Source of the DNA: Pecten maximus
Lineage: Eukaryota
Direction: 5' to 3'
DNA length: 64,000 nucleotides
Assembly: GCF_902652985.1 (NCBI RefSeq)
Contig: NC_047015.1
Location: forward strand, 46,934,001-46,998,000
A model generated the notes under the pieces. It was not told where the DNA came from. It did not search any database and saw only the letters and a program-made list of their open reading frames with translations. The translations under genes and the position numbers were made by a program. Shown here one piece after another: positions 10,801-23,381 of this stretch. The stretch's first letter is position 1. Each line of letters opens with the position of its first letter.

Positions 10801-13800
10801 ACGTTTCTTCCCTCTGTTTGATGTACAGTTTTACACCATTATGTTTCTTCCCTCTGTTTGATGTACAGTTTTACACCATTACGTTTCTTCCCTCTGTTTG
10901 ATGTACAGTTTTACATGAGTATGTTTCTGCCCTCTGTTTGATGTACAGTTTTACACCATTACGTTTCTGCCCTCTGTTTGATGTAGTTTTACACCATTAT
11001 GTTTCTGCCCTCTGTTTGATTTACAGTTTTACACCATAATGTTTCTGCCCTCTGTTTGATGTACAGTTTTACACCATTATGTTTCTGCCCTTTGTTTGAT
11101 GTACAGTTTTACACCAGTACGTTTCTGCCCTCTGTTTGATGTACAGTTTTACACCAGTACGTTTCTTCCCTCTGTTTGATGTACAGTTTTACACCATTAT
11201 GTTTCTGCTCTTTGTTTGATGTACAGTTTTACACCAGTACGTTTCTGCCCTCTGTTTGATGTACAGTTTTACACCATCATGTTTCTGCCCTCTGTTTGAT
11301 TTACAGTTTTACACCAGTACGTTTCTAATCCCAACTGAAAATATTTCATATTTATGCCTTGTTCCTAGTTTACTGAATTTTTAGGTCACCTGAGACTTAG
11401 CGAATGTTAGGACCTAAAACCCCAAACCAAGCCTCTAGATTAACTACATAGAGGATCTTACAATCATGGCTGTGTTATATTGAATAAATTTATTGAACAA
11501 ATTTAATAATTTCCATATGGCATTGCCACAAGTGTAAGATTTTGTTAGAATATAAGCGGAAACTCTTGAATTACATGTAGTTTCTACATAAGACAGACGA
11601 TTTTCGACTTGGTATGTTTTTCTTAACATCGTGCAATATCACATAGGTATTGTGATGTCATAAAAAGTTGATGACATCACAATAGTGTTGTTCCATATTT
11701 CTTATGATATCTATGGCATACAGTTGTCGTATGATACGGTAGAATGGGCCGGTTATGTGATAGAATTGAGTGGAATGTAATTAAATAAATTACCTATAGA
11801 CAAGATCTAAATGATAGGATAATCCCATCATAGAAAATGTTTTTGTTCAGGGGAGAATAGTTGAAATAGCAGAAATCACATTTAGTTACATATACCAAGA
11901 AAATTACATATTGATATGTAGCGGGACTGGACTGGGTCGATCATCGGTGACCAGGTAGCTCAATTGGTAGAGCATCCGGCTAGTGTTTGGAGGTCCCGGG
12001 TTGGAACCCCGGTCTGGCCGCTTCATTTTCTCCTCTCCTGTTACAGATATATTTGTTTCAGGTCAAAGCAGCCACAGTAGGGGAGGATAATTCAGTAGCA
12101 GTCCTAGAAAATAAACAAACAGATATACTACAGAGACTTGGGGAGTTGAGGGGTGTTCTGGATCAGATAAACATCAAGTATGGCACCACCCCAACGTCGT
12201 CTTCCGGCAAATCCTCTACCATGCTTCTACCGGTGAGTATCAATTCTTCTTGGTTCAGTTGATTAAAAGTCTTCCTTTACCTTGAAAGTGTGGCAGAAAA
12301 AAAGTTAAAACCCGGGAGATGATTAAAATGGGGGATATTTTTTAGGTTCCATCATCCATCTGTCTGTCTGTCATGCTTATCAGTAATTCTGTGCAATTAC
12401 TGCAACAAATATGAACAGATTTTCTTCTAACTTGGTAACAAGGTGTAAAGCCTTAAAGGCTCAGACAAATTCGATCGCCACTTTTGCCAGACATTTGATG
12501 GAATTATGGTCCCTTCATTAACTAAAAACTTTGTTTTCTGCCATTTCTGTGAGATCCAGCTATTAAGAAATTTTCTTCAAACTTCATAAAAAGGTTAAAT
12601 TCCTTAAGGACTAGGCCAACTTAGATTGCCACTTATGCTGGATGTTATTTGGCAGAGTTATGGCCCCTTTATTAGCTGAAAATGGTGTTTTCTGCTGTTT
12701 TCATGCAATAATATCCGATTATTATCTAAGTTTGTGACAGAGTTATCGTTATTGAATCATGAAAATCATTGTTTTTTTGCGGGTAAATAACTCTCTCAAA
12801 AATTTTCCGAAACTTTACTAACTGACGTTACTTAATCCTATATGTTCAATAAAACATCGAACTTCTGTATGAGGCTTTACTTTTTCCTCGAGTTTCAAAC
12901 AATACCTTATAGACGGAATTTTCATTGTCAGGCTGTAATGTCATGTTTACTTCTAACCTCAAAAGTGTTTACTACTTACAATATGTCAGGAAAGTGGGGG
13001 ATATAAATTCCATGAATTTGCTCGTTAACCTAAGGCTAGCTTCAAGCATGGTGTTTGCCATTTAATAATCTCAAAGGCAGGATTGAGGTTTATATATACA
13101 TACATGTATTCCATTTAGTTATCTTTACCAAACTCTCTGCCTGTAAAAAAAACGTGTTCCAAAATGATGGATGTTATATTCTCAATGTTTTTTCCCTAAT
13201 TTAAATCTATTCATCTGTTTTCCTTTTTTATTTGATTGATATTCTCCATCGAAAACAGATTATATCATATTTTATTGTTTCTGCAAACTCACCTTATTGT
13301 TTCTTTCAATTGAATTATCATGACATCATGCTTATATGGTGGCAGGAAAATCTTAAAACAGGTGAATCAGGAGATGATTCTGTTTGATAGCAGAATATTG
13401 AAACTAGTGGGGGAAGGAAAAATTGGAACTGGAGCTGTAAGTAAGGAAATACACATATCTAGATGCATTCATTAGGAAGCAGAGTAAGGAAAGACACATT
13501 ATCTCCCTTTAATTCACTCTCCCTTGTTGTTTACAGGGTGGAGTCGTCCATGACATAGTCATCAATGCTGATCCAGAGAACCCACCCGCCATTGTATTTG
13601 TACTCTACACACTCCTTAAGGAAAGGTGCCAGGTGTACGGATCAAGTCTCGTCCACTCCAGTGTGACCAATGTCCCTGACCAGCTACGTAATATCTTCAG
13701 TGACCAGGATAAATGTACCCGTGGCAACCACCAGGTGGCAATCACAATTATATGGAAAAAAGGTTTGTAAAAGTATATTTCATACCAAAGTTCTGCAAAT

Positions 13801-15344
13801 GTAATCAAGACTTAAAATATGAAGACAGACTGAATATGTTGCTGTGAATTTTTTGTTTTAATGTCTCGGTCTTAATTAGAGCCCAACACGAAAGTGAGGG
13901 TGCCCTATAGTAATCACAGTGTCCATCCGTCTGTTTGGCCATCAGCACTTTTATTTCTGTGTAATAACTTGAGTTTCCTTGGGCTGATCAACCTCAAACT
14001 TCACAAAGTGCTTGATTGGGATTTCTTCTCAGTGTCAAAGGTCAAAGGTCAAGGTCACTTACTATTAGTAGAAAATCAGTTCCCTTGCAATAACATCCTT
14101 TGGACCAATTGAACTCAAACTTCATACATTGGTTTCTTATTGAAAGAATTGCTTTTCAGCATCAAATTTCAGAGAACAAGGTCACTGCTACTAAATATAG
14201 ATAAACAAATCACCTTTCATGTAGTTTGCTTTGGTCAATCTAACTCAAACTTCTTTTAGTAATTCCATATTTCAAGTGTTTGCTAAGAACTGATTTACAG
14301 TGTGAAAGGTCAAGGGTCACTGTTAATATAAGTAGAAAATCAGTTCCCCTGCAATAACACGAGTTTCCTTTGGACCAACTCAAACTTCATACAATGGTTT
14401 CCTATTGAAAGTGCTTGCATGTTCATGATAGACGTCATTCTTGGTGATATGGGCAAATAGCTTCTTGATGATTATGGAGGGGCATGTTGACTTATAAGCT
14501 ATGAAGGTAATTAAAAACATATTCATGGGTGAAAGTGTCAGATTCTTGAAAAACTGAAATGGCTGGTTTTACCCAAAATTTAAGATAGACATGGTGAAAG
14601 ATGTTTCCTGAATACCAAATGAAGTATTATTACCGAACACTTTCATCCATTCATATTGATGACAGTGCAATAAAATTGCCAAGAGAATTAATTGATACAA
14701 AATTTTGATATGTGACATTGACAAACTAACCACATCATCAAATAACTTATTCATATTTAGCCAAGAATCAATTTTGATTATCCAACCGATAGTGAACACC
14801 TATCACAGCTCAAGTCTGGAGGGTAAGTGGATGTTGTTGATATTTGCTTGCCTTGATAATATACAACACAAATTGTTTTCCTTTTATGCTATTTCTATGT
14901 AGTTGAGATTTACTAGAATGATATTATCATTTACTTGTAGTTGAGAACGGCCCAACATTGATAGTCTCACCACACAACCAAACAGCAATCGAGGGGGAAG
15001 CAAATATTGCCAGGTACATCATGCGACTCATCAACCAGGATTATGACAACTCCAACCCTGTAACCACAACACAAGTAGACGATTGGTTAGATTCTGCCCA
15101 GCAACAGCTCCACCAAGGGAACACAAAGGAAAAGGCTGCCGCTGTAAAGTCTCTTAATGCCAGACTTGGACGAAATGATTGGCTTGTAGGATCTGAAATC
15201 TCATTGGCTGATATGGTAATGTGGGCTGCACTGCTCCAAACCTATCAAATGTCCAATGCTCCAAACAATGTGAAAAAGTGGCTGACAGCTTGTGATAAAA
15301 ATTCAGTTTTTCAGTTTGCAAAGACTGTTTTGAATGGAAGGTAA
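1837..15344 (+). CDS. AIMP2: Aminoacyl-tRNA synthetase complex-interacting multifunctional protein 2 (p38/JTV1)
   Basis: Exons 1837-1959, 12062-12232, 13537-13762, 14941-15344, all GT-AG and phase-consistent. N-terminal MYEVQPY...MYKLPN LysRS-binding motifs, coiled coil (LENKQTDILQRL), DIVINADP, IEGEANIARY and a GST-C-like end. Confidence 0.93.
4690..5310 (-). mobile_element. 5'-truncated, decayed RLE-type non-LTR retrotransposon 3' end (HERO/NeSL-like)
   Basis: ORF 4837-5148: (LRLD)MV...IIVIELTAPWEE...ERKRAKY...PVEVGCRGF is the PD-(D/E)xK restriction-like endonuclease signature. The frame is broken upstream and a 3' UTR follows. Confidence 0.85.
5930..6570 (+). mobile_element. Non-autonomous element with long subterminal hairpin (Crypton-like) and an internal tRNA-like segment
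   Basis: Imperfect hairpin about 6420-6545 centred on AGGCCTGCGGCCT. A-box-like TAGCCGAGTGG (about 6094) and B-box GAGTTCGAATCC (about 6145) followed by a T-run. Superfamily assignment is tentative. Confidence 0.45.
7192..8169 (+). CDS. Uncharacterised E/K/Q-rich repeat ORF nested in AIMP2 intron 1 (independent gene or alternative first exon)
   Basis: 978-bp open frame. MGNVISSC fits an N-myristoylation consensus with a nearby Cys. About 11-12 copies of a 13-aa (39-nt) repeat EKAKQSELxxEKQ without frameshifts, followed by about 140 aa of unique acidic sequence. Confidence 0.55.
   Translation: MGNVISSCKEKIAQPFHSNKKARQSDMLVKGKKEQAKQSELAEEKSEKAKQIELLAEKQKKDEQSELVEEKQEKAKQSELSGEKQEKAKQSELSGEKQEKAKQSELSGEKQEKAKQSELVKEKQKEVKQSELLEEKQENAKQSELLEEKQEKAKQIESVEEKQEKAKKSVILVDEKQEKARQNNDLNKNSDHEVNTKQCEILQTQPIAMQSEAGQSKCLVDHSCKEMRDDFSDEADRTGEGDDIQTCGFRDYSHEEDISDCKHSMNLSKKIYDNETDSCNPHMSLENIHFGDPIPSEKPGEDTNSKVYQRSNMVCHVGINEDYFF
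7851..8663 (+). repeat. 405-bp tandem duplication, apparently exact
   Basis: 7851-8255 is repeated at 8256-8660 with TGA microhomology at the junction. This explains ORF 8275-8574. Confidence 0.95.
9492..9869. mobile_element. MITE with short TIRs and internal AAGTGCTGGAA subrepeats
   Basis: Termini CATGGTTC...GAACCATG. Confidence 0.55.
10045..11326 (+). repeat. 40-bp minisatellite, about 32 copies
   Basis: Unit TGTTTGATGTACAGTTTTACACCATTATGTTTCTGCCCTC. Confidence 0.97.
11917..12045 (+). mobile_element. tRNA-containing solo LTR (Helenus-like TRIM)
   Basis: Imperfect inverted ends TGTAGCGGGA...TCCTGTTACA, 4-bp TSD GATA (11913-16 and 12046-49), internal tRNA-like cloverleaf about 11949-12020 with an AGT anticodon. 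Confidence 0.75.
12320..13025. mobile_element. Degenerate Helentron/HINE-like non-autonomous repeat
   Basis: CCAT/CTGT microsatellite head and diverged internal tandem repeats containing ...GTTATGGCCCC... Confidence 0.45.
13855..14490. mobile_element. Degenerate Helentron/HINE-like repeat
   Basis: GTCCATCCGTCTGT head and repeated AACTCAAACTTCA / AAGGTCAAGGTCAC modules. Confidence 0.5.
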
Positions 15345-15918
15345 ACAAATAAACAATATAGGTCAATTGTTTCAGGAGTATATTGCCTGAAATACACATA
15401 ATTTTATATCTGATAACATATTAATATAACAGCACATGCCTCAATAACTTGTTGGAATACATTTTTTGGAATGAACAGGTGTCAGTTTTTGTTGTGTTTT
15501 AATTTATCGTGAAATTTTGTATAAATAATTTGTTTATAGCTCAAAGAAATAATAATATTTCATATAGTTATTAGATCAAAATTTCCTTTAACTGCGATAT
15601 CTTCTCAGGTTTACCGTTAAAACCTGTGTAATTTGCGGAGGTACTTTTTGGGGCTGAAAGTGCTGGAAGAAACCCATCCGTATATATTTTGCGCATGAAA
15701 ACATTTGACCAAAAACCAATGTTCAGGAGGCCCAAAATCAATATATGACTGGTAATCCGATTTTCATCATAAGCCTTGTACATATTCTCATTGTGGTGAA
15801 TACTTGAGCAGTGACACTTTTCACTGATCTTGCCCCTCAAAGCTTGCTATTAAACAGAAACAAAGTTCCAATGTCAAATAGTACATATAGGAGATTTTTC
15901 TTTGATGAGGTCAAAAGT

Positions 15919-16096
15919 CAGTGGCGTAGCTAGACCTGTTTTTATGTGTACACAGATGTGGTGCCAAAAGTGTGGGGGGGGATGGGGAAAACAATTTTTA
16001 AAAAAACAATGACAATCAAAGCTCCAGGATTTTTTGTTGTTGTTGAAAATTATGTGTACGCAGTTGCGTACCTGCATATAGGAAGCTACGCCTCTG
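15919..16096. mobile_element. hAT-like MITE
   Basis: TIRs CAGTGGCGTAGCT...AGCTACGCCTCTG. TSD not clear. Confidence 0.55.
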
Positions 16097-16219
16097 AAGG
16101 TCAAATTTAGGTTAGAGTGACCTACCAGTACTTTTCATTCATGTCGCCAAGGTGAACCCATACCCCTAGTTTGAAGTTGGATACTAATAACAATGAAAGA
16201 AAACGATATGTTTCTGATC

Positions 16220-19200
16220 TCAGCTGACCTTTTCTTTATTTCTGTGATTAAATTTCAATGTTTTCAATAAGATGATGAAAGATCCTGCGACTGTCATTAG
16301 TAGCGTTCCTACCACCACTAGTAATGTGTGGCTGGTTTGACCAACAGGCACTGTTACTTCAATAGCATCAACATCCTGCAAACAAACAAATGTATTAAGA
16401 ATTGTTAAATCTATGACTTCTAACATTTGCATGACAAGCAAACCTACACAGAAGTAATAATGTTTTCAACATTCCACAAACATAAACAATTTGATAAATT
16501 TACATTTCCAAACATGATTTGATGACTTCAAATCCCCCAAACATAATTTGATAACTACAACATCCCCCAAACATAATTTGATGACTTCAACATCCCCCAA
16601 ACATAATTTGATGACTTCAATATCCTCTCAACATAATTTGATGACTACAACATCCCCCAAACATAATTTGATGACTTCAACATCCCCCAAACATAATTTG
16701 ATGACTTAAACATCCCCCAAACATAATTTGATGACTTCAACATCCCCCAAACATAATTTGATGACTTCAACATCCCCGAAACATAATTTGATGACTTAAA
16801 CATCCCCCAAACATAATTTGATGACTTTAACATCCCAAAACATAATTTGATGACTTCAAGATCTCCCAAACATAATTTAATGACTTAAACATCCCCCAAA
16901 CATAATTTGATGACTTCAAGATCTCCCAAACATAATTTGATGACTTCAACATCCCCCAAATGTAATTTGATGACTTAAACATCCTCCAAACATAATTTGA
17001 TGACTTAAACATCCCCCAAACATAATTTGATGACTTTAACATCCCAAAACATAATTTGATGACTTAAACATCCCCCAAACATAATTTGATTACTTTAACA
17101 TCCCCAAACATAATTTGATGACTTAAACATCCCCAAAACATAATTTGATGACTTAAACATCCCCCAAACATAATTTGATGACTTTAACATCCAAAAACAT
17201 AATTTGATGACTTAAACATCCCCCAAACATAATTTCATGACTTCAAATCCCCCAAACATAATTTGATGACTTCAGCATCCCCCAAACATAATTTGATGAC
17301 TTCAAGATCTCCCAAACATAATGTGATGACTTCAGCATTCCCCAAACATAATTTGTTGACTTCAACATCCCCCAAACATAATTTGATGGCTTCAACATTC
17401 CCCAAACATAATTTGATGACTTCAGCATCCCCCAAACATAATTTGATGACTTCAACATCCCCCAAACATAATTTGATGACTTCAACATCCCCCAAACATA
17501 ATTTGATGACTTCAGCTTCCCCCAAACATAATTTGATGACTTCAGCATCTCCCAAACATAATTTGATGACTTCAGCATCCCCCACATCTAATTTGATGAC
17601 TACAACATCCCCCACATCTAATTTGATGACTACAACATCCCTCAAACATAATTTGATGACTACAACATCCCCCACATCTAATTTGATGACTACAACATCC
17701 CCCACATCTAATTTGATGACTACAACATCCCCCAAACATAATTTGATGACTACAACATCCCCCACATCTAATTTGATGACTTCAACATCCCTCAAACATA
17801 ATTTGATTATCAAAAATCAGCCTCTTCTTCAAAACACAAAATATATTGAGTTTTCATATACATATATTAGCACAGTGTAGTACACCTCTAGTTTCTATTA
17901 CTCGGCATAAACTTTACATTATTGTTAGTTTAGAGAATTGAACATCCAAAAAACTTCAGCATGACTTACTGATAAGTATTTGACTACTGTCCATCTACAT
18001 TTGATCAATGTGGCACTTGTACAAGGGAGATCTTCTACACCAATCACAGCTCCAGTGTAATCTGGTTCAATAGGAAGCTTTATATGAATAATCTGGTTCA
18101 ATAGGAAGCTTTATATAAATATATTTATATGGTGATTAAAAGGTGGTTGTGTCACTCAATAAGTACAGCAATGCTTATATGTCAGTACACCACTAAAGTT
18201 TGATTATGTACTTTTACAATGACAATGATGGATAAATTGATCGAATATACATATACATGCAGTGTTTATTGATTTCATGTTTTGAAACTTTGAAAATAAA
18301 TACAACAATAGAATCATTTTATAATGTCAGTACAATAAATGTGATTAGAATAGACCTTTATTGAGTTACTTTAATATGACTTACATAAAAAAAAGAGTCA
18401 ACTTGTGTACAAAGTAATAAAACAACAAGAATCTGGAATGGGGTTACTTCCCCTTAGGCTGTAAACAATATACATGTGTACACTGTAATTATTATTCAAT
18501 ATCTCAAAGACCAGTTTGATTCCCCCAGAACTGTACAATGATATAGTAAGATAGGTATTATCATATACCAGGTATATCATTTGTTAAGTCTGAAGTCTTG
18601 TAAGTGATTATAAGAGATTTACAAGATACATTTGGCCATGGTTATGAAGACAAGTTTACCTTTGGCTGTACAGGATAAAAGAAGCATAGGGTTTGGTATG
18701 ATGACAGATATGTTTTCTGAACTGGACGAGGGTCTGTGATACCGGAGATGTACTGGTATAGTGACACTGGTCATCAGGCTGTCCACATCATCACTCAGAG
18801 GAGATGTATACAAGGAAACATTCAAAGATGGAGCAAGATATTCAGGCTGTTCTACATCCACTGGATTACTGATGAACTACGATAATTACAAAACATATTC
18901 ATTTTACACAAATTGCAAAACAAGTTATATAAACTTATATCAATCACGCCAGGAGTCTTGGTGTGAAACACCAGAGTACCTTGAGAAAACCTATGTGGTT
19001 GGGCAGGTGACTTTTTCATGTTTGATCGTGGAATGGAAAGTGGTATATCTTAACTAATGAAAAAAAGAATGAAATGTAGCAAGATTACCAGAATCTTTTT
19101 TGGAAGTGTTTATTCTAGGAAACTAATGAAACAAAATGCCCATGGGCCTTAACTGTCACCCGAGATTTGAAATATTTCTGTTAATTTAATTGACCCTTTT

Positions 19201-22200
19201 TGGCCCCACCCATCAGCTGTCTAAGGGGTAAGTCAAGGCCAACATGTCATGAAATTCACAATTTTGGTAAAGCACCTTAAGACCTTTCCATCTATGAAGA
19301 GTGTTTGATTCCATCATATTTCCATCTATGAAGAGTGTTTGATTCCATCATATTTGAGAGTAGAGAAGAAGATTTTTGAAATTTCAGTCAATTTGACCCT
19401 TTTTAGCCCCACCCATCAGCCTCTGTGGGTCAGTCAAGGCCAACATGTGCATACCAACAAACTGTAAACTTAAGCTGATAATGTTAACCAAGTAAGAATG
19501 AATTCTAATAGAAATCCAACAAATTATAGTCAAAAATGTGATTTCCCTACATAAACTGTAGTAAAGTATAAATATAATTCACAATTTTGGTTGACCTTTA
19601 GCCATAGAAGCTCCTTGCGAAATTTCATAATTGTTGGTTAATTATCCCTACCAGCTGTACCTCAACCAAGTTGCCTTGGATATAACAAATTTGAGCAGTG
19701 AATCCTAGAGGTATTGCTTTTTGAAATTTATTTTTAAAAATCCAAGATTTGAATATGTTTTATTTTAGAAGAATATTCCAAGTATCCATTGAAGTCTTTA
19801 CCAATATAGCACATATCAAACAGTATGGTGTGACATAACATTTCCATATCAAATACTACAAAATTTAAACTTTAAACAAATTTAATTATAATTTCAAAGC
19901 AATGATGCCAGAGTTCATGACTCACAACTTGACAGGTTTCTACAAAAAAAAATACCAGGTATTGTAGATGAGATACAACTAACAATGTATTAAAGAGTTT
20001 GTCCTATCTTGTTAAATATTCCAATTATATCTTACCCTTGGACCACCAAACTCCCGAAGTGAACGCAGCTGGAATGGGTCAATATAGGCACCAGGGGGAA
20101 GTAACTCCAATAACATCACATCACAGTTAGACAAATTTCTAAATAGAGATCTTCCAAAGGTAATCTTTGTTGTTAGTTCTCTGTTGATAGAAATATTGTT
20201 AAAACAGACAAATTCAAAAATTAAGAAGAAAAAAATTTGGATACTGTCAGTGTCTTAACAAGAATTCCACGGAAGTGGAGGTGTCGCCTGTGTATGCGAA
20301 TAATTAAAGGGCCATAACTCTTTAAAACTAGGACTTGAATAAAAAAAAAACAATAACAAACTTGTCCACAGTATTATGGTAACAAACATTCTATTTTCGC
20401 CAAAAAATTTAAAGGGCTATAACTCTTTTAAAAAGGTCCGAATAAATTTGGTTAACGAACTTGTCCACAGTATTATGGTAACGAACCTTCCCATGCAGTT
20501 TCAAATTAATCCAGTAATAATTATTCAAGTTATTGAGTGGAAACCATTTTCGCAAAAAATTAAAGGGCCATAACTCTTTTAAAATGGTGCGAATAAATTT
20601 GGTAACGAACCTTCCCATGAAGTTTCAAATTAATCCTGTAATAATTATTCAAGTTATTGAGTGGAAACCATTTTCGCAAAAATTTAAAGGGCTATAACTC
20701 TTTTAAAAAGGTGTGAATAATTTTGGTTATCGAACTTGTCTGAGCTATCATGGTAATGAACCTTCCCATGAAGTTTCGAATTAATCCGTTCTAAACTACT
20801 AAAGTTATCGCACGAAAACCATTTTCCGGACGACGCCGACGCCGACACAGACGCCGAAAAGTAATACCTATATGTCTCCTTTTTCAAAGGCGACACAAAA
20901 ACCACAGGGGAACTGATAAGCATACAAGTCTGCTGTCCCTTGTCCATCAATGATACATTTTTTACAAGAGGTTACTAGGGTCTATGGAGTGATCATCTGT
21001 TTTTCAATGCTGTGAATTTTAGATCCCTGGTGAAGTACCCTCTTCTTCCATACATTATTCAATTTCAATGTCCCAAGCAGCAAGGCTGCCTTTATCTGGT
21101 GAATAGACCATGTCTGGCTATAAAGCCTCTGTGTCAAATAGAATACAACTGAAATGCTAAATGTTGTTTCACTGTTCAGCAATAAACTTATCCACTACCT
21201 AAATCAAGACTAAGTTGGTCCCATGATAATTATTTAATTGTTAAATGGTTGGAGTAGTTTCACCAGTGGTGAAGAAATCACACCCCAATGTCATCTATCC
21301 ATACCCAATAAGCAGAAGTATATGGAAATCTCAACAATATCTATGTTGTGATTTAAGCATTGATGTAATTTTTTTGACATCAACACTTCTAATTAATTTT
21401 TGAAATTGATTTTTAAAATAAAAAAAATATTTTATGTACAATTGAACTAATCTTATAAGGGATTCTTTTTCACAAATCAATTCCCAATGTCAATGGCCGT
21501 ATTGTGACGTCACATATTTCACGCCATTTTCAGATTTTTTTTTATAGAGGTATGAAAAAAAAATCTCAACTAATCAGAGAGCCACATTCTGCGTACAAAC
21601 ACTGGACAATTAATTAAATAGAGGTCTAGTGGAAGGAGACCTATGGGCAAATGCTGATAGATTGAAAGGGTATCTAAACTGTTCCAATGTTACAACCAAT
21701 AGGAAAGTTCAAAGGGCTGAGACTGGACATGGGGGCCTATCCTAGTGACATGATATACGTGTAGTTCAAAGGGCTGGGATTTGACACGGGGCATATCCTA
21801 GTAACATCATTGTGTTCATCTCTTCACAACCAGCTATTTGACAGTTATTGTAGTTATTTGACAATGGGATGGAGGTCTTGACCACCATTCCCCTACAGGG
21901 ATCCAAGGTATGAGGTAAGGGTTGAATGAACCCCAAAGTAAATTCTGGTAGTGAAATTATCTTATTTCATGTCCCTATTACACTGCATGATAAACAACTT
22001 CCCCATCTGCGCTCTTCCCCAATCCCTCTACAATATCCTTTTATATATGACTGAGTATTGAGGTATGTCGTACATCTAGCATAAGCTTTCCTTTGTCAGG
22101 AGACCTATATTTTTTATAATCAGGATAGGTTTTGTTTCCTAAAAGGTATTGAATTTGACTATTTTGGCAAAAGTTATTCCCTTTTTTTATTTCAGAATTT

Positions 22201-22876
22201 GATTTTTGTCTGGAGCTCTCCTTCATTTTTCAACCTATTTCTTTGAAGCTTTTCCTGAAAGACACTTTGATTGGACTGACTACATGTATTTCACAAAAAT
22301 TATTGCCTTTACATGTTTACCTCTGTAAATCCTTACCCTCAGTATTCAATCAATTTCTTCCAAACTTTGTACACTTTGTTGACATGAAATTGTACATTTG
22401 TAGTGGAGAAATTGGACAATTAATCTTATATTTCGTTATTTGTATTCACCCGATACAATAATGCCTTTCTTTTTGGCATGGGATGGATATACATGTATAT
22501 TATTCCACTTCCTTTGGTTATTTTGTTTAACGTCCTATTAAGAGCCAGGGTCACTCCATTACCACTTCAATAGTACTCTAGATCTTGTTTCAAGTTATTA
22601 AATGATGGAACTTCTGGTCCTAAGATTCAGTATCACATTTGGTTGAAATGTAATCAGTCATTCAAGAGGAGTTTTATAACAACAAGTTAAAAGGTGGGAG
22701 AGCAGATAACAGATATTTAAATTGCAAAATGTTTGGGTCAAACTCATTACTCACCTATGAAAGCCATTTTTTGTCAAAGACCTTTCCACTTTGGGCAATT
22801 CCACACAATCGGATTCATGAAATATCAGTATCACGTTGAATATTATGCTTGTCAGGAAATTCACACGAATATCCAT
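16220..22876 (-). CDS. PIGX: Phosphatidylinositol-glycan biosynthesis class X protein
   Basis: Exons 22876-22755, 20180-20036, 18876-18660, 18061-17970, 16375-16220, phase-consistent. Signal-like N-terminus, GFHREL, LPPGAYIDPFQL, DVEQPEY, PVHLRYH, PC...C.W, VPVG plus a C-terminal TM helix. Confidence 0.92.
16508..17808 (+). repeat. 30-bp minisatellite, about 43 copies, in the last PIGX intron
   Basis: Unit CATAATTTGATGACTTCAACATCCCCCAAA. Confidence 0.97.
19128..19600 (+). mobile_element. Partial HINE/Pearl-like element
   Basis: Head resembling GCCCATGGGCC...TCACC, duplicated TTGACCCTTTTTGGCCCCACCCATCAGC module, and a 35-bp tandem duplication at about 19285-19354. Confidence 0.5.
20257..20900 (+). 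mobile_element. Helentron/HINE-type non-autonomous element with internal tandem repeats
   Basis: AACAAG head with GTGTCGCC inverted to terminal GGCGACAC. Repeats of TAAAGGGCCATAACTCTTTTAAAA, GACGCC microsatellite and a terminal hairpin. Confidence 0.7.
21355..21618 (-). mobile_element. Partial copy of the repeat family also at 55655-56380
   Basis: Shares ATAAGGGATTCTTTT...CAAATCAAT...GTCAATGG.CGTATTGTGA.GTCAC...AATCAGA with 56157-56380. Confidence 0.7.
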
Positions 22877-23158
22877 TGTCACTGTTTCCTGAGCAGGTAC
22901 TCAAATAAATGAAAGGAACAAATCCAGAGATCTCCAAAAGCAGGACCTGCAATGACATTTCAAATCTTGTTAATCTATTTATTTCTATGTTTTAAGCCAG
23001 AGACAGATTGCCCTGCTCAAGCACCCAGTCGTCATGGTCCAACAAATATTTAGTTTGTAGAGCAGTCATGTTTTTGGTTCCATCGTGCGATTGCACAAGT
23101 CATTCAGGGGAGGTAATCACAAACCTGGATGGCTCCCCGACTGTTCTGATACAAGATT

Positions 23159-23381
23159 TTGGTTTGTTTGTTTTTGTTTAACGTCCTATTAACAGCCAGG
23201 GTCATTTAAGGACGTGCCAGGTTTTGGAGATGGAGGAAAGCCGGAGTACCTGGAGAAAAACCACTGGCCTGCGGTCAGTACATGGCAACTGCCCCACGTA
23301 GGTTTCGAACTTGCAACCCAGTGGTGGAGGGCTAGTGATAAAGTGTCGGTACACCTTAACCACTCGGCCATCGCGGCCCCC
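23159..23381 (-). mobile_element. tRNA-derived SINE (V-domain type), full length
   Basis: A box TGGCCGAGTGG, B box GTTCGAAAC, GGTTTTTCTCC.GGTACTCCGGCTTTCCTCC V-like domain, (AAAC)n tail, imperfect TSD CTGAYACAAGA. Confidence 0.9.

Noticed and set aside
10045-11326. CRISPR-like regular array
   Set aside because: Contiguous tandem units without unique spacers; eukaryotic context with no cas genes.
11949-12020. Functional tRNA-Thr gene
   Set aside because: T-loop mutated (TTGGAAC), acceptor-stem mismatch, and embedded in a TSD-flanked mobile element.
16645-17880. Repeat ORFs (MTSASPKHNL, MLKSSNYVWG, EVIKLCLGD) suggesting a mucin-like protein
   Set aside because: Products of a 30-bp intronic minisatellite; open on both strands and broken by 1-nt indels.
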